DNA of 64,000 nucleotides from Veleropilina oligotropha (lineage: Eukaryota): assembly GCA_048128005.1 (NCBI GenBank), contig JBEUKZ010000041.1, positions 62,001 to 126,000 of the forward strand, in the 5' to 3' direction. The notes beneath the pieces were generated by a model. The model was not told the DNA's origin and did no database searches. It saw only the letters and a program-made list of their open reading frames with translations. A program made the translations under genes and the position numbers. Below, piece after piece: positions 40,469 through 51,087 of the stretch (position 1 is the stretch's first letter; each line of letters begins with the position of its first letter).

Positions 40469-41794
40469 CATATTTTCATAATGATTGATCGACTGACTGA
40501 CTGACTGATTTAATTGTTCGTTCCATTTAATGAACCTGTAGGGCTAAACCGGGACTATTCCGTATTATTGTGGGAGCAAAGCTCGCATTAACCGGTAAAA
40601 CCCACGTACCTCGGTCGGTTACGGTCAACCGTGTCTGATAACCTTACAAATGCTGTCTCAGAACGGATCGAACCCGCAATGCGCAAGGCCATTGCAGACA
40701 GACCAAGTATATTCTTATTTTCACCACAGATTTCTTTACACGTTCATTAGGATATGAATACATATTTTTTTAATCATCGTGTTGCATGCATATATTATGT
40801 TGCAATTTTGTTGACGATTGTCTATATTTTGATGTGGGTTTGCGTTGTCTAGCCTATTGTAGGCGTGTGATATTTGTGGGCGTCTGCTAGGAACATGTCA
40901 CCCACTAAAATGTCTGTCATTAAGTATTGCTATTACACGATTATCTACGGAATCGATTGGGAGTTTCAAATGGGGCATCATTCGTTGAATCGAGCCTTAT
41001 CGAGTATGGCGCTGGAATTTTAACGGTTGAAAACCGTGTGTCCCCAGTTCATCCAGAGTGGTGCCCGTTAGCAGCCAGTGAGAGGTTTAATGGAGGCAAC
41101 CGCAAATTCGAAGATCGTTGTTTACCTAATTGGAACAGTTCTTACGAGGTTTCGCATGGATAATTTCCAGCAAAGTTGATCACCAGAGGTCAAAGTCAAG
41201 GTCAAATTTTAACAAGTACCTATGTGCAAAACTTCCTATAGGCCCCAATAGTAACGTTATCTATAACTATAATATTTTAGTAGATAATGCTACGAATTAT
41301 GCAGTGGTAAATTTTCATATTTGAAAATTCAAAATGTTTTTTGAAGATTTGCTCATAACCACGTGGTATCTAAATTTTTAATGTTGTCGCTCAAGGAAGT
41401 TATTTAAGCTTTGAAAATCATTTCAAATTCAAAGTCAAGATGATATCGGCGGCATTACCATACTGAAACGCAATAATTAATATCGTCAAATGAAAACGTC
41501 ATTGCTCGGCTGGATGTGGTAGAGTGGAATCTAATTAAATCTCATGACCAATACAAGCTTATTGTCAGCTTTACGTCAGCTTTACATTTTATAACTTCCA
41601 GAAAGTAGAGTGGACAACAGCGCTTCTTCATTTTCATTTGTACAGACGAACTGGCTAAGTGGGTTGTCGATACCGGTGCAATGCATTTTGGAATCCGTGG
41701 TTCACAACTCTCCGGAATGATCTGCTATCGATAATGCTGGCTTTCCTCGCATATGCAGTAGTTTTCATGAACTCAACATTTTAATTAGCATCGC
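40469..41794 (+). repeat. Direct repeat copy 2, lacking ~220 bp (~33672-33886 of copy 1)
   Basis: Colinear with copy 1 apart from the deletion and scattered substitutions. Confidence 0.95.
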
Positions 41795-43819
41795 TGGGTA
41801 GAAGCCTGAAATTTGCGGCATGCGATTCAGAGTCGTTATATGTATATAATAAAAAAAAATTAAATTTATTTTTTTAAAGAAAATTAAATTTAAAAAAAAT
41901 AATAATAATTTTTTTATTTTATTTATTTATTTTATTATATCATGATGAATATATGGCCACTCTGAATCGAATGCCGCAAATTTCAAATTTCTACACCGCT
42001 TAGTTCTCGAGATATGGCCATTTGAATATGAATGCGGCGGCCATTTTGTTTTTTTCCAAAAAAATATTTGACGTAATTTAAAATATCTAAGCTCTAGGAC
42101 CAGTCTTAACCTAGTTATCCCCTTTATGACCATTTTATATCGTCCAAATAGGCATTTTTCCTTAAATAGGTCACCTGAGGTCAAAGGTCAAAGTGGATTT
42201 GGAATACCCACCCATGACTTCCCATAGGCTCCCTATAGTAACCATGTCTCTAGCTACAATATTATTGAAGATATTAGCTGTTAAAGAATTTGGAAAATTC
42301 AATCAAAGATGGCGGATGACCTAATTAACCGATCTGGCCAAGATTGGTTTCTATAGCATATGCACCTAAATATGAAATATCGTTACTCTAGCTGCAACAG
42401 TTTTAGAGATATTGCCATTTAAAAATCACAAAATATATTTTTGCCATATCGAGATTCGAACCCAGGTCCTCTCAATTGGGAGTGAGCTCATTAAATTGAC
42501 CTCAAAATAACACCATCTAGTGACATGCTACACATAAGCATTTGCAAAAATGCATAAAATCACAAAAATATATTTTTGACATATCGTGATTCGAACTCGG
42601 GTCCTCCCAATTGGGAGTCTAGAACGCTACCACTGCTCCACGAGTGAGCTCATTAAATTGACCTCAAAATAACTACATATGCTTTCACTGCCATAATTGC
42701 AACCGAGCACTTCGCGATGATGCGCATTGTTTAACTCGCTCCAACTTTGGAAATACGTAACATAATTTCTTCAAATTTTCAGTATATGTAGTGTATTGGC
42801 ATCTTACTTGATGGTGGAAATTTCGAATAGTTAGATAACTTGGTTAAAGAGATATTAAGAATGTCGCAAAGAGGCGACTTTACAAACTTTGGATGGAAAA
42901 ACAACGCTATGAAGTTGCTGGAACACCATACATATCAGCGATAAAGTTGTTCATATTGACCTGCTCTATTAGTATGCCAAATTTGAGTGATGTGCTTCAT
43001 GTATTATTGGAGTTAGTGCCCCTGAGAGAGGATTTCAAATGTAATCATTTTGAATTGTTGCAAACTTCACATTTCGAATATTTTAATCATTTTTTTTACT
43101 CGTATTTACTTAATAACATCAATGTTGCATATTTACAAGAAAAAAAAGTGAATTTTGTTCGATTTGACGAAAATAGGTTTTTACCAAATTCATTGTTAAA
43201 GGCCGCCATTATCGGGAATATCTCAAAACGAGGCACTTAAAACGATATTTCAGAATCCATCTATTAACAGACTTTAAGTAGATGATAGGCAAAGCATTCT
43301 TCCAAGTTTCAGAAAAATTCTTCAGAGACTTTTTTAGCAATGGGCGCAAACGCAAATTCCAAGATGGCGGCTGACCTAATTGCAAAAGTTATGACTTGGC
43401 TTCACAGGGATGACCAGTATATACCTATTAACTTACATATTGAAGTTCATTGCTCTAGCTGAAGTCTTAACAAAGTTATTAGCAAAATGGCGTTTCTTAA
43501 ATATTTGCATAAAACAAGATGGCCGCCAAACCGGTGGCGCCACCAAACTGAAAAATTTTCAAGCACTACTTCAATACGGTAGGTACATATATGCTAAGTT
43601 TCAAGTTCATGCCTTTTATAGTTTTTGAGATTTCGGTGGTACAAAATTCGGACAAATAATTAAAAAAAAGGTTTAGCAATACCAATAGGTCTTCAAGCAT
43701 GAAGCTTGAAGCCCTAAATAGCCTAATTGGCCGTTGTAATTCGACTGTCTGTATTGCGTAAACGGTTAGGTCGTTGGGGAAAGATCTGGAGGTTCTATTC
43801 CCGTTACCTCCAAAATAAT

Positions 43820-45250
43820 TAGGGCTTCAAATTTTCAGGCTTGAAGACCTATTGTTATTGCTAATCCTTTTTTTATTATTGAAATTTGCGGCATTCGATT
43901 CAGAGTGGCCATATGTTCATCATGAAATAATAAAATAAATAAATAAAATAAAATAATTATTAATTTTTTTTTTTAAATTTAAAGATGCTGAATCTACATT
44001 CGTATGATATTTCATATAATAGAAAACTATAAATACGATATGGTATCCATACATGACATGTTGTTAGGACGAAGGAAAAGTTAAAATGCAACAAAAGGTG
44101 TTGCTAGCATTTAATATTCGCTTCAGCCGACGTGGTATTTTATTCGAGCGCATCAATCTCCAAACCAATCTTATCTCATTTATCGTTATTGGGTCAAACG
44201 TCACGTGGTCCCGTCGATATGATTGACCTGCAGAGCAAGGATCTAGGTCAGTGTTTATTTGCGGTTCGCTGAAATTGATGTATTGCACTGAAAGATATAG
44301 CTAGTTTCTCATAATTGTAGTATATGGCAGCAATACTAACATAATAACCATGTTTATTTCACCAACAAATTAGGCCTATTGCGCACCTCGACATTGTAAT
44401 GATGGGCATTCACTGTTTGTTTACAAGTTGAAGTAGCCGCATCCAATTTTCATTGATCGCTTTATTTATTATTTCTTGTTTTTCGCATACATCAATTTTA
44501 TAATCGTCTTAAATTCAAAGGTTGGTGATAATTGCATTATTCTTTCGTAGATAAATACTTTGTTTATAACAGTCGATAACGGCGGCCTGCCTCTCTTTCT
44601 TTTGTCGACATCCGCCATAGAAACCGATATAAACAAAACTCGGACAAGGACGACCTTGACATGACCCGGTATATATAGATCGCGGGAGTGATTTAGGGCG
44701 GAGCTAAGATTCCGCCAAGCCGTCGTTCATTTCCGTCTAAATCTCACGTACAATCGGCTCGAATTATGAGATCGATCTCATAATTCAATAAAAAAAGTTC
44801 AAATATTTATTACTAAGTGAAAAATGTTTTTGCCGTGTGTGGTAATCTCTGAAAGGTCCTAACTATATGCAATAAATCAATGCAGGAAGTGTAAGAGAGA
44901 ACAGCATTTAAATACGCTTTAGCGATCTGAAGTAGATCCTGCATCTTTAATTTTCTTTAAAAAAATTAAATTAAATTTTTTTTTATTATATACATATAAC
45001 GACTCTGAATCGCATGCCGCAAATTTCAGGCTTCTACCCAGCGTAGTTCTCGAGATATCTCCATATCTCTGATGATTTTTTCTGATTTGTTTTCGGTATA
45101 TGTTAAATATTGACCTTGCAGGCGAGTTTTTCACATCAGTGGTATAGGCAAAGCACATTGGACATGAATGTCAAGTATGGGGTTCGATTGCAACTACTGC
45201 AGCCACCACGGTTCGGACTTGAAGCCCTCACAGCTGCTTGCAGCTTTAAT
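43820..45250 (+). mobile_element. HINE-like element, same family as 32056-43717
   Basis: tagggcttcaa..ttgaagacctattg start; gaagccctcacagctgcttgcagctttaat end. Confidence 0.6.
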
Positions 45251-46087
45251 TAGGGCTCCAAGCAAGCTTTGGCTTGGAGCCCTATTGTTTTTACTTAAGT
45301 TTTTTTTATTATTCCTCTCGGTTTTGTATACCTTATATCTCCGAAACTACAACAGCTAGAGGCTTGCGCTTTTGAATGTCACTAGATATGTGTCTGAAGT
45401 TGTATACGCTAGATTTTGTGATAGATGGCGCCAGCGGTTCGGCGGCCATCTTGTTTCTTGCAAGCTTTTAAAAAACGGTTTTTTGCGAATAACTTCGTTA
45501 AAATTTCATTTAGAGTATTGAGCTTCAATGTAAAAGTTAAAGGGCATATACTCGTCATCCATACGAATTGTCGCCAAAACTTTTGTAATTAGGTCAGCCG
45601 CCATCTTGGAATCAGCGTTTGTGGCCATTGCTCAAAAAGTTTTTAATGAATTTTTCTAAAAATTTGCACAACGCTTCATCTATAACCTACTTAAACATTG
45701 TAAAAAGATGGATTTTGAAATATTGTTTTAAGTGCCTCGTTTTGAGATTTTCCCGATATGGCCATTACATAAATTGTTTACAATGGCAATATCATGCAAA
45801 CTATGTGCTGTAGACACATAGTTACTATAGGAGCATATATTAAGTCATGGGTAATCTTTCAAATGTGTCCTTAACCTTGGACTTCCAGTGACCTTTTGAC
45901 CTGTATCTGGCCTTTTGACCTATATGAAACCTTATTTGTTAAATATTGACCTTACAGTTGTGTTTTTGCGCATTAGTGGCATCAGTGAAGTGCTTTGGAC
46001 CTCAGGAATTGTATAAGCTTTGAATGCGAGTGCTGCAACAACCGAGGCTAGAACTTGGAGCCCTCCACAGCTGCTAGCAGCTTTAAT
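45251..46087 (+). mobile_element. HINE-like element of a related family in tandem with the previous one
   Basis: tagggctccaagcaagctttggcttggagccctattg start; gagccctccacagctgctagcagctttaatt end. Confidence 0.6.
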
Positions 46088-46539
46088 TTTTTTTTTTTTT
46101 TTTTAAATTGAATGCTAATAATGTGATATAATTTACACCGCTAGGCATTGATACGGTAATCAACCTTTCCTGAATATTTCAGGTATATCGCTTAACTATT
46201 GTGTTATTGCGAGTTATATACTTCGGCAGAATTTGCAAATACAAAAATGTAACACCAAATATAAATAGCCTAAATTAGCGGTAGTATTTCGACTGTCTGT
46301 TTGGCGTAAATGGTTATGTCGTTGGGGAAAGATCTGGAGGTTCGGCGTTCGACTCCCGTTACCTCCAAAATAACTTTTTTTTTATTTTTATTTAAATTTT
46401 GTTATTCCTTATTTTTTTATAATTTGTGATCACATTTTTATGATTGTAATTCATGTTTAGAATATTGATCGTAGACATTTCTGACTTTCACCATCGTCTT
46501 CCTTGGCCCGGTGGCGAGGGTTTGCAATCTCCTCTTCAC

Positions 46540-48701
46540 CTGATAATCTGAGACAACATCACTTTCCATAGATTCTAAAGTGAAGATTGATGCTCGTATC
46601 TCACACGACCAAGGAAGGAAACCAGAGACAGGCTTCTTCCAGCTTCATACTCGGTGGTCACCGCACTGTGTACTAATGTAACGCTATCCAAGACGCAGTG
46701 GACATACCTGAGGCTGTGTGACCAATATCTTCCGTACATTGCAAAACCACAATATTGTAAACACAGAATGACTGATTCAAAGCATTCCGTTGATCAAGGT
46801 GAAACGAAGAAGGATAAATCTAAACTCTTGTAACTAATGATTGGGAACTCGGTCAAGTTGCATAGATACCGGTGACGCACCGTATTTTTCCACAGTCGGC
46901 GAACACACATCGGAAAGCTTGCTAATAAATCCTGCAACTGAATTTCGATAACAATGTACTGGCTCAGCTGTTATATCTCGCATATTAACAGGTACAACTC
47001 CAGGGTTGATGCCAACAAACCACTTGACAAAACATACTACACAATTTTGATCAGATCATGCCGAAATCCAAATTTTCACATTTCCATAACTTTCAGACTC
47101 TGTCAGGAATAACCAAAACTCTCCGCACTGAAATTCTGCAACATATAAATACTGTAATTCCGTCATGAATAAACTGGTTGGCATCACCATATCGACTGGT
47201 GCTTCACTTGCAACGATAACACATCCATGATTTAAGAAACATAAACATATTAATTCCTTTTTGTTCAAGTACCCACACAAAACAATTAAAACACTTTCCA
47301 CTGATTGAAATACAAATCTTCATTTACTTGTAAATCAGACATTGCACTTAACACTTCGAATACGTAACTGTATATTCGGCATAAAATCACTTACATTACA
47401 CTTGAGAACGAAATTCTTCCACATCATTCCACAGATCGCGATTTCCCGTCGCCAAATTCTGACATTCAGCAATGCCAATCTGAAAAAATTCAATTACGAA
47501 ACGTAAGCTTCTCGTTGCTTCGTCCGACGTGCTGGGTCTTGAGTGATGCAGTCTCCATCGCAGTTTAGAAATACCTGGATATGCATCACGTGGTAACCTA
47601 CGAATAGCCTGTAATGGTTCACCATGATGTTTCGTCCGGTTATCCAACTGTACTTAAAATACTTCTGTTTGATTTTCGGAAACAAGCCGATTTCGTACAT
47701 CAACAATGAATTCGTTGTATTATTTATCCTTCGTATAAACAACATCACTAAGCACAGACAAAATAGCTCCTCGTAAACTCACTATAAGACAGGCTTACAA
47801 AGCCTACATACATATCGTTATAAAAAGTACATACATCAAAAACCAAATAAATTGCACAAAATAATAACTCCACGACGCCGAACCGTCGTAGTAACTGGCG
47901 TACATTAGGTTCGCCGCTACCTCGTTTACAACTCCCTCCATGTAAACAGTAATCCATCTCGTTGATTATTCACACGCATGCCTTGTCTCACACCGCAAAT
48001 ATATTTCCGTTATGGCCCGAATGGTTCACCATACTTATGCGTGACTTCCGTAACAACATCGCACCATGTGGCACTTTACGCCAGCCTCACCACCGCACCA
48101 CGTAGCACTTTACACCGGCCACGTCGCCGCATCATGTAGCGCTTTAATTAAATCAGCCACATCGTCGCACGAAAACAATACTCCATGTTTCCGAATTTAA
48201 AAAAACTGCTTCACGGGAAGAACTGTCCTCGTCACACGGACTGGAGAGTATTCCACTATCATCATTGACTTTGAAGCTCCGCTTGCACCACCATCATTTC
48301 ACCGCTTTTCACCAAACAGCTTTTTTAAAAGCACATGTTCTGTCTGAACATCATTTCGGTCTCAGGATCGTGCATTTTAATAACGAAATAACACAATTTC
48401 GCAATCGATTTTAAAATGCACCGTATTAATACGAAGATCCTCCGAAGTATTCCAGCGCTTTCTACCAAATGTCACGTTTAACTGCAGCGTAAAGAATCAA
48501 CAGCATTTATTACACATATACAGCGAAACAAAACGTACACTCAAGAGAACCAGATATCCGACTGAGCCCCCGCGACACAGGCGTGGCAGCTTTTATAGTG
48601 AGCGGATCGCCCACGTGCGTACGTGCGAGTCCGCTATTATCGTACGTGCCACGTCAATTGAGTCACAGTGATTGACAGAAAGGTGAGAATGCGTCATACT
48701 G
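46540..48701 (-). mobile_element. Degenerate Gypsy LTR retrotransposon 5' part: LTR remnant 48470-48701, PBS, decayed gag/pol
   Basis: On -, LTR ends gtgaca followed by tttggtagaaagcgctgg (PBS-like); YYDGSASWSYYFVQF gag-like motif near 47850-47900; many stops. Confidence 0.6.
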
Positions 48702-48891
48702 AGCAGCAGGGGGGGTCAGTAGACTTTTTAGAATGGAAAAATAAGGCTCCCAGCACTATTTCAGAACTGAGGGGGTGTAGTACGAGCTCCTAGGGGAGTT
48801 TAGACTAGGGGCCCACGGCCGCCGGGGAGGCTCCCAGCCCTATTTCGGGACTGAGGGTAGGGCTTGTATTACAAAAGTCACCGTGTGTACA
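48702..48891 (+). repeat. Terminal repeat of element A (candidate TIR)
   Basis: Closely similar to 54852-55043 (gactttttagaatggaaaaataaggctcccagcactatttcagaactgagg..tattacaaaagt.accgtgtgtaca). Confidence 0.9.
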
Positions 48892-49613
48892 GCGGCCCAC
48901 TACCCAAGCCGGGCAGGCGTATGTTTGTATCCGTGTCGAGAACTCCTTTGTTACTGCCTGCTGTCTTTTTCTTGAAGGTCGACTATTCATAGCTCAGGCT
49001 GACCTAGTGTTCCCGTTCTTGAGAAACATTATTGCTAGATCAACGGAATAACTGTCGACTCATGGGGATGACTTAGCTCAAAAGCTGCCATGTCAGCTCA
49101 AAAACTGTCCCCATGTTTACGTCGAAGCTTTTGGTGACCCAGCGAAAAAAAATCCTTGACCAAAAATTTTTAACTGGGCCAAAATCTTTTTTCTCTGGGT
49201 CACCAAAAGCTAAATACGTATCGGCAGCATACAATTTCTGTGCCACCAGAAATGCGTTCGACGAAATGTTTTTTTAACTGGGTCAACCAAACAGATACGC
49301 GGCTTGTGAGCGAGGGTAAACAATGAAACAATAGGCGCGACGAGGTATTTGTAAAGATCCGGCTATGGCGTGTCTTTATGAGAGAAGCGCATCTATTCAT
49401 ACCCGCTGAATTAGGCTATAGGCGTCTATTGTTTCTTTGTTTCAAGTGCAGGCAGGGAATCCCCGAGCAGTGTTAATAACAATACTAGCGAGATACGCGA
49501 AGCGAATGGGCTAGGCGCCTAGGAGAGTCAACAATAGACAGCCGGCCGGCTATTAATATACGCTGGGGGAAGCCTGAAAATGTATTGTAAGGCAGGGAAT
49601 TCCCAAGCAGCTG

Positions 49614-50027
49614 TTATATAAATATGTAGTTACCGCTGGCTAAGCTGCAATTGCATGGCGAGTGCTGTCCTATCTGACTCCACGCACCCCTGCAGCCGGT
49701 AGATAACATTGAGTAGTAATGCCCATGTTTACCTCGACATAAGGACGGCTCAGCGCATTCGATGCAGACCACAGTATTTGGGTCGGGTGCCTCACAGTCA
49801 TTCTCTCCGATAATAAAGTAGTGACATGAGGGTGGGGATACCTCAGGGGTGGGGTCTCGTAGCAAGTTTCTCCGCAAGGGGTCGAGTCGTATGTTGTACA
49901 TGGGGTGATTTCGGTACCTAGCCCACGTGTGTTCGAGAATTAATGCAGTGTTGTGTGTCGACGTCTGGGTGGAGACACCCCCTAGCCAGCACACCGCGGC
50001 AATGCACAGAAGTAGCATGGATTTCAT
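49614..50027 (-). CDS. Secreted cysteine-rich protein, 137 aa
   Basis: Signal-peptide-like MKSMLLLCIAAVCWLGGVST; 8 Cys in the C-terminal half ending CNC; acaaccATG context with tattaaa upstream. Confidence 0.7.
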   Translation of the reverse strand: MKSMLLLCIAAVCWLGGVSTQTSTHNTALILEHTWARYRNHPMYNIRLDPLRRNLLRDPTPEVSPPSCHYFIIGENDCEAPDPNTVVCIECAEPSLCRGKHGHYYSMLSTGCRGAWSQIGQHSPCNCSLASGNYIFI

Positions 50028-50106
50028 GGTTGTCCAGATATCACTGTCTAGTTCTAGCTTTAATACGGGGGAGGGGGGTAGTCCACCCCACGATTAACCT
50101 GGATGG

Positions 50107-50739
50107 TTAGTCGCCAGCCCCGATTTTTTTCAGCAGCTCTGCGCGTCCCTCTTTACGGCCACGCTCAATAAGCTCGCTTTGGGTCTGTGACACTGCGGTG
50201 TGCGCCTTTAGACTTTTGAGGCGAACCGTGGCCTTCATTGTCCGATATTTTTCCATCTCCCCCGTCACCAGCTGGAATTCATCATCAGACATCACCCCGT
50301 CCGCTAAGGCCTTAGACACGTGGTCGGTTATGGTATTAAGTTTGCTGTCGGCCAGTACTCGGATCTCGTCGTGCTTTTTAGCCTTCACCTGGAGGCGGCG
50401 GCTAATGTATTTTCCACCCATGCTAGCGAGCCCACACCCCAACGCCGCTAGTTCCAGCACTAGGACCACGGGTGCGGCAACGATCGTGGACAACAGTCCG
50501 ATGCCGGCGCTACCCATACCAAGGGTGGCCACGACCAGGGCCGAGTCGATCCCGTCAACGACATTAATGCCTCGTCGGTACTTCTTATAGAGAGCGGCTC
50601 GAGCATCCCGTTCTCGTTCTAACTGTCCCTGGAGCTCATTCACTTTCTGTAGTCGGAAAGACTGTGCCTCCGGAACTTCCGAAGGCACATCGCCACCAAG
50701 CTGTGGGTACAGCATTGGCGCTGAGGGCTTGCTGTCCAT
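50107..50739 (-). CDS. Polinton/adinto-type membrane protein (coiled coil, hydrophobic hairpin, coiled coil), 210 aa
   Basis: Intact ORF; FRLQKVNELQ..LYKKYRR; long Gly/Ala-rich hydrophobic segment; ATG abuts the upstream stop. Confidence 0.8.
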   Translation of the reverse strand: MDSKPSAPMLYPQLGGDVPSEVPEAQSFRLQKVNELQGQLERERDARAALYKKYRRGINVVDGIDSALVVATLGMGSAGIGLLSTIVAAPVVLVLELAALGCGLASMGGKYISRRLQVKAKKHDEIRVLADSKLNTITDHVSKALADGVMSDDEFQLVTGEMEKYRTMKATVRLKSLKAHTAVSQTQSELIERGRKEGRAELLKKIGAGD

Positions 50740-51087
50740 TTATTCGTGGCTGTATTGTTCAGCCTGTTGATTCCCAATGTCGACAGTAACGTTCAAATAA
50801 AGTGTGCCTACCCACGGGGCCTTGACGACGAAGGCGAGGGTCAACCTGTCCGAATTCAGGCCAAGCGTACTTATGGAACATGCTTTGGGGCCCCCGGCGG
50901 GCTGGACCGGCGTCAGGTGGATCATTAGGAGGGCTGGGTTCAACCCAAACCGACCTCCAGCGTTTGGGATCATAAACTCCCTCCTCGCCAGCCCCTTCTT
51001 GGGCGATTCCCCACAATTAAGAACAAAGTGCCACCGGGTCGGGGAAGAGGGCTCATCTGCAAGCAGTGTCCCGTAGATGCTGCTCAT
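50740..51087 (-). CDS. Hypothetical protein, 115 aa
   Basis: Start overlaps the penton stop and stop abuts the next ATG (compact viral-like packing). Confidence 0.55.
   Translation of the reverse strand: MSSIYGTLLADEPSSPTRWHFVLNCGESPKKGLARREFMIPNAGGRFGLNPALLMIHLTPVQPAGGPKACSISTLGLNSDRLTLAFVVKAPWVGTLYLNVTVDIGNQQAEQYSHE

Larger units (their letters stand above)
32056..43717 (-). mobile_element. HINE-like element (inverted) expanded to ~11.7 kb by internal insertions and duplications
   Basis: Termini on - are tagggcttcaagcttcatgcttgaagacctattg and gctgcttgcagctttaa; the empty site ccaaatataaatagcc is preserved in the repeat copy at ~46255-46270; no TSD. Confidence 0.6.
31167..46535 (+). mobile_element. 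Outer Helentron-associated (HINE/DINE-like) non-autonomous element hosting nested elements
   Basis: ttaccctcgcc at the left end and ggtggcgagggt near the right end; (gtat)n after the left end; internal unit repeated at ~31890-32055 + 43718-43820 and ~46100-46375. Confidence 0.5.

Noticed and set aside
33430..41794. LTR retrotransposon with 1.5-kb LTRs
   Set aside because: No TG..CA ends, PBS, PPT, TSD or gag/pol, and the interior gene has introns
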